Part shown: positions 60,601-64,000 of the stretch, one piece after another
How positions within the stretch are numbered: the first letter of the stretch is position 1
How the letters are laid out: each line of letters starts with the position of its first letter
DNA from: Pelagomonas calceolata
Taxonomy: Eukaryota
Length of the DNA: 64,000 bases
Direction of reading: 5' to 3'
NCBI GenBank assembly: GCA_918797485.1
Contig: CAKKNE010000006.1
Span: 2,418,001 to 2,482,000, forward strand
The notes under the pieces: model-generated
Told to the model about the DNA's origin: nothing
The model's input: the letters and a program-made list of their open reading frames with translations, nothing else
The model's database searches: none
Position numbers and translations under genes: made by a program

Positions 60601-63444
60601 TGCGGAGGGAGCCGGTGACGGCGGCGCCGTCGGCACGCGCGAGGGTTGGGACGACGGCTCGGAGGTTGGAACCGAAGAAGGTGTTGACGAGGGTAGTGGT
60701 GAGGGCGGCGTTGTCGGCGTCCTCGAGGGCTGCGCGGTTGGTACTCGCGACGGTTCGGGCGCCGGGACTTGGGTCGGCGGCTGCGTCCGCCAAGTTGTGG
60801 GCTCTGAAGTAGGTAGCGACGTCGGCGCTGATGTGGGTTGCCAGGTCACGTAGGTCGGTTCGTGGGACGGCGGCGACGTCGGGACCGATGAGGGCGGCGT
60901 CGTCGGTATTGATGTTGGCACCGGTGAGGGTTGTGATGACGGCGGGATGAAGGGCATGGCTGTTGGTGCTACCAATGTATTGGGCGCCGGCGTCGGTAAT
61001 GCCGTAGGTAGCCTCGTAGGAGCTGAGGTAGGATCATGCGACGAATAATTGGTAGGAGCAGACGAAGTAGGCGATCGCGACGGCGCGAAACTGTTGGCGT
61101 CGAAGCCGTTGGCCCACGTGTCGTTCGTGAAGGCGTGCGGCGCGATGCCGCCGTGTTTGACATGGACCACGAAATAGCCGCCTTCCGCATCCCTGATGAC
61201 ACCGCTATGCGCCGCCGCCGCGCATAAGGGCACGGTGTCCGCGTAGTAGCCGGGCATGGCGCCGACGATGTCCAACATGTTGAACGACTCACTGTAAAGG
61301 CACCCGGCGGGGCACTTGAATTTGTAGGTCGTCCCCTCGTGCGTGTCCTCATTCAAATCCCAGCGCTCGTCGTCCACGGCCAGATTCAGTCCCGACTCCC
61401 AGGCCCTTTTTTCAGACCGGTCGGGCGGCGGACTCCCGACGCAGTTCCTCATGGCCCGCCCGAAGGGCTCGGGGCCGTCGTCTTCAGAGCGCTTAGGATA
61501 GATCTGGTCCCAGCGCTGCTCGAAGTTGTAGTGGACGTGGCCCATCCTGGGGGTCGCCTTCAGGTCGCGCGCACCGACGGGCGCGTCGTACGACTGGCAG
61601 CCGTCCGGCCTCAAAACATCGACTAACCGGACATCGCAGACCGACGGCACCGGCTTGATTTCATCTAAATCAGCTACTGCTCGCTTCGGTGGGGAGGTCC
61701 TTCTAATACGACAACCCCCACCATCCGACACGTAGACGTGGCCGTCGTGCGAGACGACGACGCCGCTCGGTTCGTCGAACGTCGCTTCATCCGCCGCACC
61801 GTCGCGAGGGCCCCGCAAGCCACTTCCAGCCACGGTCACCACTTGACCGTTCGTGGAAATCACGCCGCCGTCGAACTCATATACATCTGAAGCCGGTCCG
61901 CCACTACCAGGAATAACTCTCCTCACTCGTCGAGAATCGGCGACAATGACCGTGTACGCCGTCACTTTCGTTTTACCGGATGTCACATAGTCGGTGGTCG
62001 AAGCATGTCTTGATGAGGGTTCGTCGATGGCCACACTTTTCGGGTACTCGAAGCGAGCTATGGAAGAGTTCCCGTCCCGATACCCCGGGACACCACGAAC
62101 ACAAGGAGGGGGACAGCCCTCTTCCACATTCTTCCTCACAATTTGTCCCGCAATGGTAAACACAAACCGCGTCGCGTTGATCTTGCGGATCGCGTGGTTG
62201 TTCGTGTCTGCTACTATGAGGTCCCCGCTCTCGTGGTGCACGGCCAAGCCGCGCGGCGCGTCGAAGCGCGCGAAGGTCCCAAAGCCGTCGGCGTAGCCCG
62301 GCTCCGGCGCCGCGTCCTGCAACGAATCTCGATAGTCATTGGTACCCTTGCCGCACCTTCCGGCGAAACACGTCACTTGGACGTTCGTAGGCGAAGCGAT
62401 GCCGCCCCCCGTGACCTTGCGGATCCTGTGGTTGTCCGTGTCCGCCAAATATATGACGAGTGCGTCGGGGTCGCCCCAGGTACCGTCGTAGGTTATCGCG
62501 ACGGCCCTCGGTGACGAGAGTCTTGCTGTACTGCCAGCTCCGTTTTTGTCTCCCTTCTGCCGATGAGGTGGCACTGACCCAACGAGCGTGATCACGCATC
62601 CCGACGCGTCGATCCTTCGCAGCGCGTGATTCCCACTATCGGCAACATACACATATCGGTCAGCGTCGACGGCCACGCCAGACGGGTCTTTGAACTTCGC
62701 ATTAGTTCCACATCCATCCGCATAACCCTCCTCTGATGAGTGACCGGCCAGAGTGGTCACTTGGCCCTGGGCTTCCGCTCTTCTAGCATATTCCCACTTG
62801 TCGGTCGCGACCCACTCCTCGCCGTCGACTAATCTGATTGCATCGGTATTAATACCGGAGCCGGGCTGGTCCTCCAAGTGCGTCCCTGGTGTCGCGCGCC
62901 CGCCGCCCCAGCCCCAACATCTGGTAGCGCACTTCGACATGTCCCTTGCTAACGGATCGGTGCAGTTGAAGCCCGACGTGATGACGCACACATGACTGGT
63001 GTGGGGGTTCCCAAAATCATAGCGATGCGTGCCGTTCACACTCCAAGGTGAATCGGACGCCGTGGGGATGTTCTTCGACATTTCCGACGACGGGGCGCCC
63101 TGGATCTGGTAGTCGCACTCGTACCGGTTCTTGGACCCGCAGGCGATCTTTTCGCACCTATGGCATTTGGAAGAACATCCCCTAATATTACACTCGTGGC
63201 GCATGTCCTGGAGATCCTGGTTCGTGCGGCCCTTCCGCTCCCACAAACTCCCCTCCCACTTCTGGTAGGCGAAGGGCCAGGCCGGCTCCTTCACCACGTC
63301 GCACCAGTTCTTCGTGAGCGTCCAGGGCCGCGAGAGGCGGAAGGCCTCCGTGAGCGGCACGGCTATGAGCCGCGTCGGCGTCCAGCCGTCCGCCAGCTGC
63401 GGGAGCAGCACTCCGAGGAGCAGCATAGCTATCCGCGTGATCAT
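54643..63444 (-). CDS. Giant type-I membrane protein (~2854 aa): signal, NHL repeats, LCCL, Pro/Thr/Ser stalk, many EGF-like modules, C-terminal TM; exons 63444-57897, 57720-54948, 54886-54643
   Basis: YVADSGNHALRRI-type NHL; PLCAAAAHSGVI LCCL; CxNGGxCxxPDxCxCxxGWxGxDC EGF; two introns join three ORFs in frame. Confidence 0.8.
54887..54947 (-). other. GC-AG intron (61 nt), decayed introner
   Basis: gcgatttt...gtcgatggcgtggagg...tcgattcccacag; phase-2 join gives NET/YDRYMSCH and attaches the TM exon. Confidence 0.72.
57721..57896 (-). other. GT-AG intron (176 nt) containing introner core motifs
   Basis: gtgcggac...ccacgcag; the join gives an intact EGF module CTMPGECTCESGW. Confidence 0.85.
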
Positions 63445-64000
63445 GGCGGCCCGCCGCGGCCCTCCGCCCCACCCTGGGGTGGCTGGGCTGCCCAGCGGGC
63501 CCTGTCGCTCCGAACGGCTGCCCGTGCGATCGAAGCGCGTCGATCGCAGTGCTCCGGGCGCCCGATGAAGCCTTCGGCTGCCTCGAGTGGCCAGCGGCCT
63601 GCGGCCAACGCGAGTCCCAGCGGCTATCCCTTCGCGTCGAAGCCTAGTATGTGCTAGTACGTCGCTGCCGCTCGCGACGCCTGTTGGTACCATTCAGGCG
63701 CCAGAGAGTCCGTGGAGAGATGGGTGTACGCTCCATGCAAAAAGAAAAAATGTTGGCTGCTCTTTGCCGGGTCTCAGCACCTGGCACTGCTAGTAGACAG
63801 CAAGTTGTGCGTCGTGCGTAGTCGTGTACGTTCAGGCACGCCGCCGACGACGCGTCGTCGTGTCTGAGAAGGGACAAAAAGTACAACTTACAATCAACGC
63901 GTGTCGACGGTATAGTACCGCTCCACCGACGACACGTAGCTCCGGCCGAGGTCGCGGCCCTGGGCCTCGATCCACTCGAAGAGGGACCTCCGAGCCTTGA

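Noticed and set aside
1..64000. Hundreds of overlapping Arg/Ala/Pro-rich alternative-frame and antisense ORFs (e.g. 50736-52179, 55100-56602, 11893-12930)
   Set aside because: Expected shadow ORFs in high-GC coding DNA; no domain motifs
1..64000. Autonomous transposase, CRISPR array, rRNA or tRNA
   Set aside because: No DDE/RT motifs, regularly spaced repeats or recognisable structural RNA; the CTAG motif is dispersed, not arrayed

Overview
GC-rich, gene-dense eukaryotic DNA. About 31 protein-coding genes lie on both strands with short intergenic spacers. The gene content (kinesin-5, ArfGAP, RCC1, PPR, mitochondrial mS35, a signal-peptide-bearing HCAR-like chlorophyll enzyme) and the intron style point to a pelagophyte alga, most plausibly Pelagomonas; this assignment is inference. 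The main hidden system is a family of intron-generating, MITE-like DNA elements (introners). Six genes that appear broken or 5'-truncated in the ORF track are restored by seven short introns. Four of these carry terminal inverted repeats (consensus CTGTGTGGAAATCAA...TTGATTTCCACACAG), and three of the four have an 8-bp target-site duplication (TSD). The GC splice donor is taken from the duplicated target and the AG acceptor is the end of the TIR, so splicing restores the host frame exactly. One copy lies in the opposite orientation relative to its host transcript. Other observations: a ~23-bp CTAG-bounded motif in many promoter regions, three MYND-RINGv-TPR paralogues (two head-to-head, one with a spare in-frame 3' end), tandem HET-like/ankyrin paralogues that differ by one intron, an S74-like/ATAD3 fusion and a ~2850-aa NHL/LCCL/EGF surface protein. 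I found no rRNA, tRNA, CRISPR array or transposase.
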